The notes under the pieces: generated by a model
Database searches by the model: none
What the model was told of the DNA's origin: nothing
The model's input: the letters and a program-made list of their open reading frames with translations, nothing else
Translations under genes and position numbers: made by a program
In this document: positions 35,553-45,014 of the stretch, one piece after another
Numbering within the stretch: the stretch's first letter is position 1
Layout of the letters: every line of letters begins with the position of its first letter
Origin: Oscillospiraceae bacterium
GTDB taxonomy: Bacteria > Bacillota > Clostridia > Oscillospirales > Oscillospiraceae
DNA: 64,000 nucleotides
NCBI GenBank assembly: GCA_017935145.1
Contig: JAGBIE010000014.1
Location: 71,047 to 135,046 of the forward strand
Direction: 5' to 3'

Positions 35553-36614
35553 TTGATTGGCTATATCCTCGTGGCGGTACTCATTTTTGGTGTGCTGATT
35601 TTTGTTCACGAATTGGGTCACTTTTTGGTGGCAAAACGCACGGGTGTGCAAGTCAATGAGTTTGCCCTTTGCATGGGACCTACTCTGTGGAGCAAAAAAT
35701 GGGGTGAGACCACCTATTCTCTCCGCGCAATTCCCATTGGTGGTTTTTGCGCTATGGAAGGGGAGGACGAGGACAGTGAAAATCCCCGTGCTTTCACCTC
35801 TGCTGCTGTGTGGAAGCGCTTTTATATCCTCATTGCTGGTTCTGCCATGAATTTCTTGGCTGGACTACTGATTCTCGTGATTATTTTTAGTTTCGCTGCT
35901 GGATTTACCTCTACCACTCTCTCAGGTTTTACGGATGGTGCAACCATAGCGGAAGAAACGGGTTTGCAAGAGGGGGATACTTTCTATCGCATCGATGGAC
36001 AGCGGGTCTATTTCTTTCAAGATATCTCACTTCTTTTGAACCGAAACTCCACAGGCAATTATGCGCTGGAAGTGATTCGTGACGGCAAGGTGACTGATTT
36101 GGGCACTGTTCCCATGATTCCCAAGGAGTTTGATTTTGATGGTGAAAAGCGCTTGGCATATGGCCTGAAATTCGTAGCTCGGGAAAAGTCTGTTGGTGCA
36201 GTGCTCGAAGAAGCTTGGTTCTCATCGATCTATTTTTGCAGACTTGTTTGGATGGGGCTTGGTGATCTGGTTAGTGGCATGGTCGGTTTGGATGATATGT
36301 CTGGCCCTGTGGGTATTGTGTCTCAAATCGCTCAGACGGGTAAGAATTCTGCAACTGCCACAGATGCTGCGCTGAATATTGCATATTTTGCAGCGTTTCT
36401 TGCAGTGAACTTAGCCGTGATGAACATGCTTCCTATTCCTGCATTAGATGGTGGTAGAGCCTTCTTTCTTCTGATTTCCGCAGCCATCGAGAAGATTACA
36501 AAGAAGAAAATTAGTCCTAAATTTGAGGGATATATTCACGCTGCAGGCATGTTACTGTTACTTGGTTTTATTGCTCTCATTACGCTCAAAGATATTGTAA
36601 AACTCTTTCGGTAG
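35553..36614 (+). CDS. rseP: RIP site-2 metalloprotease (M50, RseP/RasP)
   Basis: TTG start. HELGHF zinc motif, PDZ insert and NLAVMNMLPIPALDGG. Confidence 0.9.
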   Translation: MIGYILVAVLIFGVLIFVHELGHFLVAKRTGVQVNEFALCMGPTLWSKKWGETTYSLRAIPIGGFCAMEGEDEDSENPRAFTSAAVWKRFYILIAGSAMNFLAGLLILVIIFSFAAGFTSTTLSGFTDGATIAEETGLQEGDTFYRIDGQRVYFFQDISLLLNRNSTGNYALEVIRDGKVTDLGTVPMIPKEFDFDGEKRLAYGLKFVAREKSVGAVLEEAWFSSIYFCRLVWMGLGDLVSGMVGLDDMSGPVGIVSQIAQTGKNSATATDAALNIAYFAAFLAVNLAVMNMLPIPALDGGRAFFLLISAAIEKITKKKISPKFEGYIHAAGMLLLLGFIALITLKDIVKLFR

Positions 36615-36625
36615 GGTGACTTGTT

Positions 36626-37663
36626 ATGACTCGAAAAATTATGGTGGGTAATGTGCCCATCGGTGGAGACGCTCCTGTCTCCCTCCAATCTATGTTAAAT
36701 ACCGCCACAACGGATGTGGAGGGAAGTCTTGCCCAGCTTGTGGCACTTCATGACGCTGGATGTGAAATTGCGCGCTTGGCAGTGCCTGACATGGATGCAG
36801 CTCGTGGTTTTGCAAAAATTGCAGCACAATCACCTCTGCCCTTGGTGGCAGACATTCACTTTGATTATCGTCTTGCCATTGCTGCCGCGGAAGGTGGCGC
36901 TGCCAAGATTCGCATTAACCCTGGTAATATCGGTGGGGAAGACCGCGTCAAGGCTGTGGTGGATGTCTGTAAGGAACGAGGTATTCCTATCCGCATTGGC
37001 GTCAATGGTGGCTCGTTAGATAAGGATTTGCTTCAAAAGTATGGCCATCCTACTGCAGATGCTTTGGTCGAGAGTGCGTTTTCTCATATCCGTCTATTAG
37101 AAAAATACGGCTTTTATGACATCTGCGTTTCCATGAAATCCAGTAATGTACCTGTGATGATGGAGGCCTATCGTAAATTTGCCTCTCAAGCAGACTACCC
37201 CCTCCATGTTGGTGTGACCGAGACGGGAACAGAGTACATGGGCACTGTGAAATCTGCCATGGGTATTGGCGGGCTTTTGTGCATGGGCATCGGCAATACG
37301 ATTCGCGTGTCCCTCACGGCTGACCCTGTGCGTGAGGTCTACGCCGCCAAGGCTATTTTAAAAGCCGCTGGACTCCGAAATGAAGGTGTAAACATTATTT
37401 CCTGCCCCACTTGTGGCAGAACAAAAATTGACCTGATTGGTCTCGCCTCCCGCGTGGAAGAGGCGCTGAAAGATTGCAAAAAGAATCTCACCGTTGCGGT
37501 AATGGGCTGTGTTGTCAACGGCCCTGGTGAAGCCAGAGAAGCCGATATCGGTATTGCAGGCGGTGAGGACTGCGGACTGATTTTTGTCCGTGGTGAAATT
37601 CGAGAAAAAGTGCCCTACGATGCACTACTACCTACGCTACTGCAGTACATAGATACTTTGTAA
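36626..37663 (+). CDS. ispG: 4-hydroxy-3-methylbut-2-enyl-diphosphate synthase
   Basis: RINPGNIG, SCPTCGR and GCVVNGPGE. Confidence 0.93.
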   Translation: MTRKIMVGNVPIGGDAPVSLQSMLNTATTDVEGSLAQLVALHDAGCEIARLAVPDMDAARGFAKIAAQSPLPLVADIHFDYRLAIAAAEGGAAKIRINPGNIGGEDRVKAVVDVCKERGIPIRIGVNGGSLDKDLLQKYGHPTADALVESAFSHIRLLEKYGFYDICVSMKSSNVPVMMEAYRKFASQADYPLHVGVTETGTEYMGTVKSAMGIGGLLCMGIGNTIRVSLTADPVREVYAAKAILKAAGLRNEGVNIISCPTCGRTKIDLIGLASRVEEALKDCKKNLTVAVMGCVVNGPGEAREADIGIAGGEDCGLIFVRGEIREKVPYDALLPTLLQYIDTL

Positions 37664-37676
37664 GGAGAAATCCCTC

Positions 37677-40600
37677 ATGAAAGAGCCAGTTCTGTTTTTG
37701 GATATGTTTTCCCGCTTGCCCAAACAGCAGTGGGATCACTTTGCCTCTGTTCAAGTGACGGAAGCACGGGTAGATGCCGTCAATCGGGAAATTACCTGCC
37801 ATATTCAAAATGATCGCTATCTTTCTCAGCGGAAGCTTCGACAGGTTGCGGACGCTGTGCAATCCGCCTATGGCATACATAGACTGACCCTTTTACCCCA
37901 ATTTCCCGCTGAAACTTTAAGGGACATTGAACCCGAGGAACTAAGCGAATTTTTGACCGAAAAATACCCGCCTCTTCTGTCTGTCTTGGCTGGGTGTCGG
38001 TGGGATATAAATGGTAATACACTTACTGTCCACTTGCGTGCCAATGGTGTGGATCAGCTTTCTCCTCAGTTGCCGTTTTTAAAGCAATATCTGGATGCCC
38101 GCTTTGTTACCAGTGTATCCATTGAAGTGGATGCCAACAAAGAGGGGAGCAGGGAAGACCTTTTTGCAGCAACAGAAAAACTGCGTCGTGAAACTTTGCG
38201 TCAAATGCCCGCTGTGGAAATTTTGGCCACTGATTCGGATAAATCTCCTGCAAAGGCAAAACAATCTAAGAGCACCATTTATGGTCGACCCTTTAGCACG
38301 GCTTCTACACCCATTGGCGAACTGAATTTGGACATGGTGAAGGCGACTGTCACTGGTGAAGTGTTTGCTGTGAACCACAAAGAAATGAAGAAGCGCAACG
38401 CTTGGGTAATTTCCTTTGACCTGACGGACTACACAGGCTCTGTTCGCGTGAATCAGTATATGGAAGCAGAGCAGGCAAAGCCTATTTTGGACTCCATCAA
38501 AGTCGGAATGTGGGTCTCTGTCATGGGTAAAATGACCCATGATCGTTATGAAAATGAGATGGTCATGCAGCCCAATGCCATTATGCCTGCAGAAGACGCC
38601 CGCACTCGTAAAGACGAGGCAGAAGGTGAAAAGCGTGTGGAACTCCACTTGCACACCCAAATGTCCAGCATGGACGCCTTGACTGTCACAAAGCAAGCGG
38701 TAAAACAAGCCGCAAAATGGGGTCACCGCGCTATTGCCATTACGGACCACGGCGTAGCACAGTCTTTCCCTGATGCCATGTATGCTGCCAAGGGCACAAA
38801 GGTAGCAGGTACAGATGAGGATATTAAGATTCTCTATGGTTGTGAGGCTTATTATTATAACGATGTAGCAGACCGCATCGCTGTGTTTGGCACAAAAGAT
38901 ATTCTCCTCACGGGGGAATATGTAGCCTTTGACTTGGAAACCACAGGTCTTTCTGTGCGAGAAGAAGAGATTACAGAAATTGGCGCAGCCATCTTTAAAA
39001 ATGGCGAAGTGATTGCGGAGTTCAAGGAGTTTGTCAATCCTGGCAAGACCATGAATCCCAAGATCATAGAACTGACAGGTATTACAGACGAAATGGTGAA
39101 AGATGCCCCTCCCATTTCTGAAATTCTTCCTCGCTTCATTGAATTCTGTGGCAATCGCCCCTTGGTCGCGCACAATGCGCAATTTGACGCAGGGTTTATT
39201 CAAGCAGCCTGCAAAAAGTGCGGTATTCACTATGACTTTACCTATGTGGATACACTGATTCTTGCACAAACTCTTATGCCCCAACTGAAGAAGCATAAAC
39301 TGAATTTGGTGGCAAATGCCCTCAGCCTGCCTGAGTTTAATCATCACAGAGCATTGGACGATGCCTTGACTGTGGGACACATGATGGCGCGTTTTATCTG
39401 CATGCTGGAAGAAAAGGATGTTACCCGTCTGCAGGAGATCAATTCTTGCCTTTCGGAACTGACCTCGGGCAGTATTGGAAAGAAACGCGCAAACCACATG
39501 GTTCTCTTTGCCAAGAATCAAATTGGCCTTAGAAATCTATATCGGCTTATTTCCTACTCTCACCTGCGCTATTTCTATCGCAATCCGCGCATTCCTCGCA
39601 CAGAACTTGTGAAGTATCGCGAAGGTCTCATTATTGGCTCTGCCTGCGAAGCAGGTGAACTGTTCCGCGCCATTGTGGCACGGCGGAGTTATGATGAACT
39701 ATTAGAGATTGCCTCGTTCTATGATTTCTTAGAAATTCAGCCTATTTGCAACAACCGCTTTATGCTGGAAAATGGCATGGCAAGAGACGAGGAAGAACTG
39801 CGTAACTTTAACCGTATGGTGGTGCGCTTGGGCGAAGACCTGAAGAAGCCTGTTGTGGCTACGGGTGACGTCCATTTCCTCAATCCGCAGGATGAAATCT
39901 TCCGCAAGATTCTTCTTGCGTCTAAGGGTATGGATGAGGGTGACCGAGAATTGCCTCTCTATTTCCGTACTACAGATGAAATGCTTGAGGAATTTGCCTA
40001 TTTGGGCAAGGAAAAGGCATACGAAGTGGTGGTCACCAATACCAATTTGGTTGCCGATATGTGCGAAAATCTTCGCCCAGTTCCCAAGAATCTTTTTGCT
40101 CCCACCATTGAGAACTCTGTGGAAGACCTGAAAAACTTGGTCTACGGAAAATTCCACCGACTTTATGGTGACAACCCACCCGAACTCATGCAAAAGCGTG
40201 TGGATACGGAGATGAATGACATCGTTTCCTGCCATTACGATGTGATTTATATGTCCGCGCAGAAACTAGTCAATAACTCACTGGAGAATGGGTACTTGGT
40301 TGGCTCCCGTGGTTCTGTTGGCTCGTCTATTGTTGCCTATTTGGCGGATATTACAGAGGTTAACTCATTTCCGCCCCACTACAGATGTCCCTCCTGTAAA
40401 TATTCAACATTTGACGTACCTAAAGAGTGCGCATGTGGTGCGGACCTTCCCGATGCCAAATGCCCTCACTGTGGTGCGGATATGGAAAAGGATGGCTTTA
40501 ACATTCCCTTTGAAACCTTCCTTGGCTTCGGTGGCGATAAAGTTCCCGATATTGACCTGAACTTCTCAGGTGAATATCAGGCACGTGCGCATGAGTACTG

Positions 40601-41990
40601 CGTGCAAATGTTTGGAGCAGAGCATGTGTTCCGTGCGGGTACTATTGGCACCATTGCGGATAAAACCGCCTTTGGCTATGTGAAGAAGTACGCCGAGGAA
40701 AAGAACCTGATACTTTCCAAGGCAGAGGAAAACCGCCTTACTGTGGGCTGTACTGGTGTAAAACGCACCACAGGACAGCACCCTGGTGGTCTTGTGGTCA
40801 TTCCGCAAGAGAATGAAATTTGGGATTTCTGCCCCGTTCAGCATCCTGCTGACGATACTGCAGAAGATGCTTGGATTACCACGCACTTTGAATATCACAG
40901 CATGGAAGAAAATCTCCTAAAACTGGATATGCTGGGTCATGATGACCCCACCATGATCCGTATGCTGGAGGATCTCACAGGCGTGGATGCTCGACACATC
41001 CCCTTAGACGATAAGGACACCATGTCCATCTTTACATCCTCTAGGGTGCTTGGCTTTGAGAACGACCCCATTCTTGGACCTACTGGTGCAGCTGCTATTC
41101 CTGAATTTGGCACACGCAATGCTAGAAACATGCTCATGGAGACCAAGCCCACCGCATTTGATATTTTGGTGCGTCTTTCTGGCTTCTCCCATGGTACGGA
41201 CGTGTGGCACGGAAATGCCCGCGAACTGGTGCTCAATGGAACGGCTAAGGTTAGTGAGGCTATCGGTTGCCGTGATGACATTATGCTGTACCTCATCTCC
41301 AAGGGTATGGACGAAAAACGCGCGTTCAAATTCATGGAAGCCGTGCGTAAGGGCGCTATCCACAAGGGTAAAAAATGGCCTGATGGCATTGTGGAAGAGA
41401 TGCAAAAACTGGGTGTGCCCGAATGGTACATTGAGTCCTGCCGTAAAATTCAGTATCTGTTCCCCAAAGCTCACGCGGTTGCTTATGTGATGATGGCATT
41501 CCGCATCGCTTGGTTTAAGGTACATGAACCCTTGGCGTTCTATTCTGCATATTTCTATCGCCGTAGTCAAAAAGATAACTTTGATGCGGCAATGATGACC
41601 CAAGGGAAAGAACGAGTCTTGGAGGAGATTCGGCGCATTGAATCGAACCCTGATGCTACCGCCAAAGATGAAGGTCTTCTGGCAACATTGGAAGTTTGCT
41701 ACGAATTCTACCTTCGTGGATTTTCCTTTGCGCCCATGGATCTGTATGAATCTGACGCGCTGAAGTTCAATGTGAAGGGCAATCAGTTGATTCCTCCCTT
41801 TGTCTCTGTAGCTGGCTTGGGTGAAACAGCTGCCCTAGATATTGCAGAGGGCCGTAAAGGTAAGAATTTCATCTCTATTGAGGAATTTGCTATGGCATGC
41901 CCGAAGGTTTCCAAAACACACATTGAAAATCTTCGTGCGGCGGGCGCTTTTGGCGATATGCCAGACACCAGCCAAATTACCTTGTTCTAA
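37677..41990 (+). CDS. polC: DNA polymerase III PolC-type
   Basis: 1437 aa. OB domain, PHP (VELHLHTQMS), inserted DEDDh exonuclease (FDLETTGL...HNAQFD...HRALDDA), Zn finger CPSC...CPHC and polymerase core. Confidence 0.95.
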   Translation: MKEPVLFLDMFSRLPKQQWDHFASVQVTEARVDAVNREITCHIQNDRYLSQRKLRQVADAVQSAYGIHRLTLLPQFPAETLRDIEPEELSEFLTEKYPPLLSVLAGCRWDINGNTLTVHLRANGVDQLSPQLPFLKQYLDARFVTSVSIEVDANKEGSREDLFAATEKLRRETLRQMPAVEILATDSDKSPAKAKQSKSTIYGRPFSTASTPIGELNLDMVKATVTGEVFAVNHKEMKKRNAWVISFDLTDYTGSVRVNQYMEAEQAKPILDSIKVGMWVSVMGKMTHDRYENEMVMQPNAIMPAEDARTRKDEAEGEKRVELHLHTQMSSMDALTVTKQAVKQAAKWGHRAIAITDHGVAQSFPDAMYAAKGTKVAGTDEDIKILYGCEAYYYNDVADRIAVFGTKDILLTGEYVAFDLETTGLSVREEEITEIGAAIFKNGEVIAEFKEFVNPGKTMNPKIIELTGITDEMVKDAPPISEILPRFIEFCGNRPLVAHNAQFDAGFIQAACKKCGIHYDFTYVDTLILAQTLMPQLKKHKLNLVANALSLPEFNHHRALDDALTVGHMMARFICMLEEKDVTRLQEINSCLSELTSGSIGKKRANHMVLFAKNQIGLRNLYRLISYSHLRYFYRNPRIPRTELVKYREGLIIGSACEAGELFRAIVARRSYDELLEIASFYDFLEIQPICNNRFMLENGMARDEEELRNFNRMVVRLGEDLKKPVVATGDVHFLNPQDEIFRKILLASKGMDEGDRELPLYFRTTDEMLEEFAYLGKEKAYEVVVTNTNLVADMCENLRPVPKNLFAPTIENSVEDLKNLVYGKFHRLYGDNPPELMQKRVDTEMNDIVSCHYDVIYMSAQKLVNNSLENGYLVGSRGSVGSSIVAYLADITEVNSFPPHYRCPSCKYSTFDVPKECACGADLPDAKCPHCGADMEKDGFNIPFETFLGFGGDKVPDIDLNFSGEYQARAHEYCVQMFGAEHVFRAGTIGTIADKTAFGYVKKYAEEKNLILSKAEENRLTVGCTGVKRTTGQHPGGLVVIPQENEIWDFCPVQHPADDTAEDAWITTHFEYHSMEENLLKLDMLGHDDPTMIRMLEDLTGVDARHIPLDDKDTMSIFTSSRVLGFENDPILGPTGAAAIPEFGTRNARNMLMETKPTAFDILVRLSGFSHGTDVWHGNARELVLNGTAKVSEAIGCRDDIMLYLISKGMDEKRAFKFMEAVRKGAIHKGKKWPDGIVEEMQKLGVPEWYIESCRKIQYLFPKAHAVAYVMMAFRIAWFKVHEPLAFYSAYFYRRSQKDNFDAAMMTQGKERVLEEIRRIESNPDATAKDEGLLATLEVCYEFYLRGFSFAPMDLYESDALKFNVKGNQLIPPFVSVAGLGETAALDIAEGRKGKNFISIEEFAMACPKVSKTHIENLRAAGAFGDMPDTSQITLF

Positions 41991-42026
41991 AAGAAAGTCG
42001 GGTTATTGCGCCCGACTTTCTTTTAT
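41991..42026 (+). terminator. intrinsic terminator
   Basis: GAAAGTCGGG / CCCGACTTTC stem followed by TTTT. Confidence 0.8.
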
Positions 42027-42155
42027 ATTTTGCGTATCATGATATAGACTAATTTCTGCTCCAAAACCCCCTTTTCATTTAGGCATTTTACCAGTTTACA
42101 AGAGGAAAAATGGAGGTTAAAATATTTTCCATAGTCATGAAAAGGGGGATACAGG

Positions 42156-43088
42156 ATGATTATTACTGTGTGTCTCAATCCTGCGCTGGATAAAACCCTC
42201 TTTGTGGATGGTTTTTGGGTAGACGGTGTGAACCGTGTTCTCAGCACTCGCAAAGACCCCGGCGGTAAAAGTGTAAATGTTGCCAAACTGGTAAAGGTTC
42301 TAGGTGGCGACACCCTTGCTACGGGTATTGTGGGTGGCGAAAGTGGCGAGTTTATCCGTCGCGAACTGGACAAAATGGGCATTTGCCATGATTTTGTCAC
42401 CAGCGAATATCCCACACGCACCAATCTAAAAATCAATGACCGCTTGCGGCACACCACTACAGAACTGAACGAACCAGGTGCGCCTGTAACGGAGGAACTT
42501 CTATCCCAAGTGTGGGGAAAAATTGATTCTGCGTGCAAGGCAGGGGATACGGTTGTAATCTCTGGTGCAAACCCGCCCGGAATGCCTGACGATGTATTGG
42601 CAAAGTGGATTACTGCCCTAAACCAAAAAGGCGTTTTTACTGCGCTGGACACTGTTGGTATGCCGATGAAATTAGGCGTTGCCGCAAAACCTAATTTGAT
42701 TAAGCCTAATCTTAACGAACTTTCAGAGTTGTTTGGTGAACAACTGCACTATCAACGCGATGTGATTGCGGCTGCACGTCAGCTGGTTCAGCAAGGTGTG
42801 GAGCGGGTGGTTGTTTCCATGGGCGCGGAAGGTGCGCTATTTGTAACCAAGGAACACGTGCTTCACAGCCGTGGTGTTCACGTTGCCATTGGTAGCACTG
42901 TTGGCTCTGGTGATGCCATGCTGGCTGCAGTGGTGCACTATCTACAACAAGGAGCTTCTTGGAAAGAGGCGGCTCATTGGAGCGTGGCTACCGCCTGTGC
43001 AAACGCCATGTGTGAAGGTTCTGCCACCCCCACCATGGAACAAATTCAAGATGTTTACGACAAGGTTTCAGTTAACGTTTTACTGTAA
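42156..43088 (+). CDS. pfkB: 1-phosphofructokinase-family (PfkB) hexose-phosphate kinase
   Basis: ITVCLNPALDKT, GGKSVNVAKL and GSGDAMLAA motifs. Confidence 0.85.
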   Translation: MIITVCLNPALDKTLFVDGFWVDGVNRVLSTRKDPGGKSVNVAKLVKVLGGDTLATGIVGGESGEFIRRELDKMGICHDFVTSEYPTRTNLKINDRLRHTTTELNEPGAPVTEELLSQVWGKIDSACKAGDTVVISGANPPGMPDDVLAKWITALNQKGVFTALDTVGMPMKLGVAAKPNLIKPNLNELSELFGEQLHYQRDVIAAARQLVQQGVERVVVSMGAEGALFVTKEHVLHSRGVHVAIGSTVGSGDAMLAAVVHYLQQGASWKEAAHWSVATACANAMCEGSATPTMEQIQDVYDKVSVNVLL

Positions 43089-43100
43089 TCACATATGTGA

Positions 43101-43131
43101 AAAAAGACCGCAGCACTGTGGTCTTTTTTTG
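43101..43131 (+). terminator. intrinsic terminator
   Basis: AAAAAGACCGCAG / CTGTGGTCTTTTTTT. Confidence 0.8.
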
Positions 43132-43234
43132 TTTGATTGCCACTGGCAATATTTGACTTGTTTTTGCGCATGCTGTATAATGAATTCAAATCCCTTACAT
43201 GCTGCAATCATGCGGAGAGAGGAGAAGATGAAGA

Positions 43235-44128
43235 TTGGATCATAAAAATGCAAAAGGCTGGCTGTATCTGCTTCCTGCTTTTTTGTTCCTCGGCGTTTTC
43301 ATGGTGTATCCCCTTGTGGATGTGGTCATCTATTCCTTTGAGGAATCCTTTAATTTTGCCTCTCAAACCTATGTTGGCACAGGTTGGTACAACTACTCTT
43401 ATGTGCTTCACGACCCTTACTTTTTACAGGCACTAAAAAACACATTTCTGTTGGTCATTATCACTGTGCCTGTTTCTACAGGGTTGGCACTTCTTATCTC
43501 TGTGGCGCTCAACTCTATCCGTCCTTTGCGTAATCTCTACCAAACGGTATATTTCCTGCCTTATGTCACAAACACCCTTGCTGTTGGCTTGGTGTTTATG
43601 ATTCTTTTTAAGCCCACTGCGTATACAGATGGCATGGTGAACCTGCTGATTCGTCTTTTCGGCGGTGAATCTGTTGACTTTATCGATGGTCCCTATTGGG
43701 CAAAGATGTTTGTCCTGTGCTTCTACACCGTGTGGGTGGTTATGCCGTTTAAGGTGCTTATCCTGACGGCAGCACTGGCATCTGTGCGCAAGGACTTTTA
43801 CGATGCCGCACGTATCGATGGCACACCCAAATTCCGTGTGTTTACGAAAATTACGCTACCCATGATTTCCCCCTCGCTGTTCTACCTTATCGTGACGGGC
43901 TTCATTGGCGCGTTTAAGGCCTATAGCGATGCTGTGGCATTGTTTGGCACAGACCTCAATGCGGCGGGCATGAACACCATTGTCGGCTATGTCTATGATA
44001 TGCTCTATGGCAACAGCGGTGGCTATCCGTCTTATGCATCCGCTGCGGCAATTTTGCTCTTTGCGATTATTTTGACCATCACATGCCTGAATCTGATTAT
44101 CCGCAAACGGCATGTGCATTACGGTTGA
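43235..44128 (+). CDS. carbohydrate ABC transporter permease (MalF/UgpA-like)
   Basis: Six-TM profile with an EAA-like loop, YDAARIDGTPKFRVFTKITLP. TTG start assumed. Confidence 0.8.
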   Translation: MDHKNAKGWLYLLPAFLFLGVFMVYPLVDVVIYSFEESFNFASQTYVGTGWYNYSYVLHDPYFLQALKNTFLLVIITVPVSTGLALLISVALNSIRPLRNLYQTVYFLPYVTNTLAVGLVFMILFKPTAYTDGMVNLLIRLFGGESVDFIDGPYWAKMFVLCFYTVWVVMPFKVLILTAALASVRKDFYDAARIDGTPKFRVFTKITLPMISPSLFYLIVTGFIGAFKAYSDAVALFGTDLNAAGMNTIVGYVYDMLYGNSGGYPSYASAAAILLFAIILTITCLNLIIRKRHVHYG

Positions 44129-44138
44129 GGACACTGCT

Positions 44139-45014
44139 ATGAGTAAGAAAAACAACATTCTGAAGCATGAGCGGGAATCTCTTGCCCGCAAAAGTGTTAC
44201 CCGTGTCATTACCTATTCGTTTTTGACCCTGTGGGGCATTATTGTCCTTTTCCCATTTTACTGGATGCTTCTCACGTCCTTAAAGGGGTATGGGGCATAT
44301 AATGCGGAATATATTCCGCAGATGTTCACCCTTGCCCCCACGCTGGAAAACTACATTCTTGCGTTCACATCTGTGCCACTAGCAGATTACTTCCTCAATA
44401 CACTTATTTTTACTGTGTTGACGACAGCAATCATGCTGATTATAACAGTACTGGCGGCATTCGGTTTCGCGCGCTTGGATTTTAAAGGCAAGAACCTAGC
44501 GTTTACCTTATTGCTGGCGCTGATGATGATTCCCAGTGAACTGGTCATTATCACAAACTTTGTGACCATTACCACCATGAATCTTCGCAACACTTTCATG
44601 GGTCTCATCCTGCCCTCTGTTGCCTCTGTGTTCTACATTTATTTGCTCAAGGAAAATTTTGCACAAGTACCTGATGAACTCTACTATGCTGCCAAGGCTG
44701 ATGGCACGTCTGACATGAAGTATCTGCTAAAAGTCATGGTACCAATTTGTCGTCCTACCTTGGTGACTATCACTATTTTAAAAGTGATTGAGTGCTGGAA
44801 CTCTTATGTTTGGCCTCGTCTCATTACAGATGAGGAAGCGTATTTCCTCGTTTCTAATGGCATTCAAGCCATTCGGGAGAGCGGATTTGGCCGTGAAAAC
44901 ATTCCTGCTATGATGGCGGCAGCATTTGCTATTTCTGTGCCACTGATTGTGCTGTTCTTGGTGTTCCGCAATAAAATCATGGAAGGCGTGGCAAGAGGAG
45001 GGACCAAGGGATGA
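44139..45014 (+). CDS. carbohydrate ABC transporter permease (MalG/UgpE-like)
   Basis: EAA loop YYAAKADGTSDMKYLLKVMVP. Start at MSKKNN. Confidence 0.8.
   Translation: MSKKNNILKHERESLARKSVTRVITYSFLTLWGIIVLFPFYWMLLTSLKGYGAYNAEYIPQMFTLAPTLENYILAFTSVPLADYFLNTLIFTVLTTAIMLIITVLAAFGFARLDFKGKNLAFTLLLALMMIPSELVIITNFVTITTMNLRNTFMGLILPSVASVFYIYLLKENFAQVPDELYYAAKADGTSDMKYLLKVMVPICRPTLVTITILKVIECWNSYVWPRLITDEEAYFLVSNGIQAIRESGFGRENIPAMMAAAFAISVPLIVLFLVFRNKIMEGVARGGTKG

Noticed and set aside
38079-39521. 480-aa minus-strand ORF (and further pieces up to 41603) opposite polC
   Set aside because: Codon-aligned shadow ORFs of polC.
43210-43245. 11-codon upstream ORF (MRREEKMKIGS) overlapping the permease start
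   Set aside because: It is very short, has no separate RBS, and is indistinguishable from chance in purine-rich RBS DNA.
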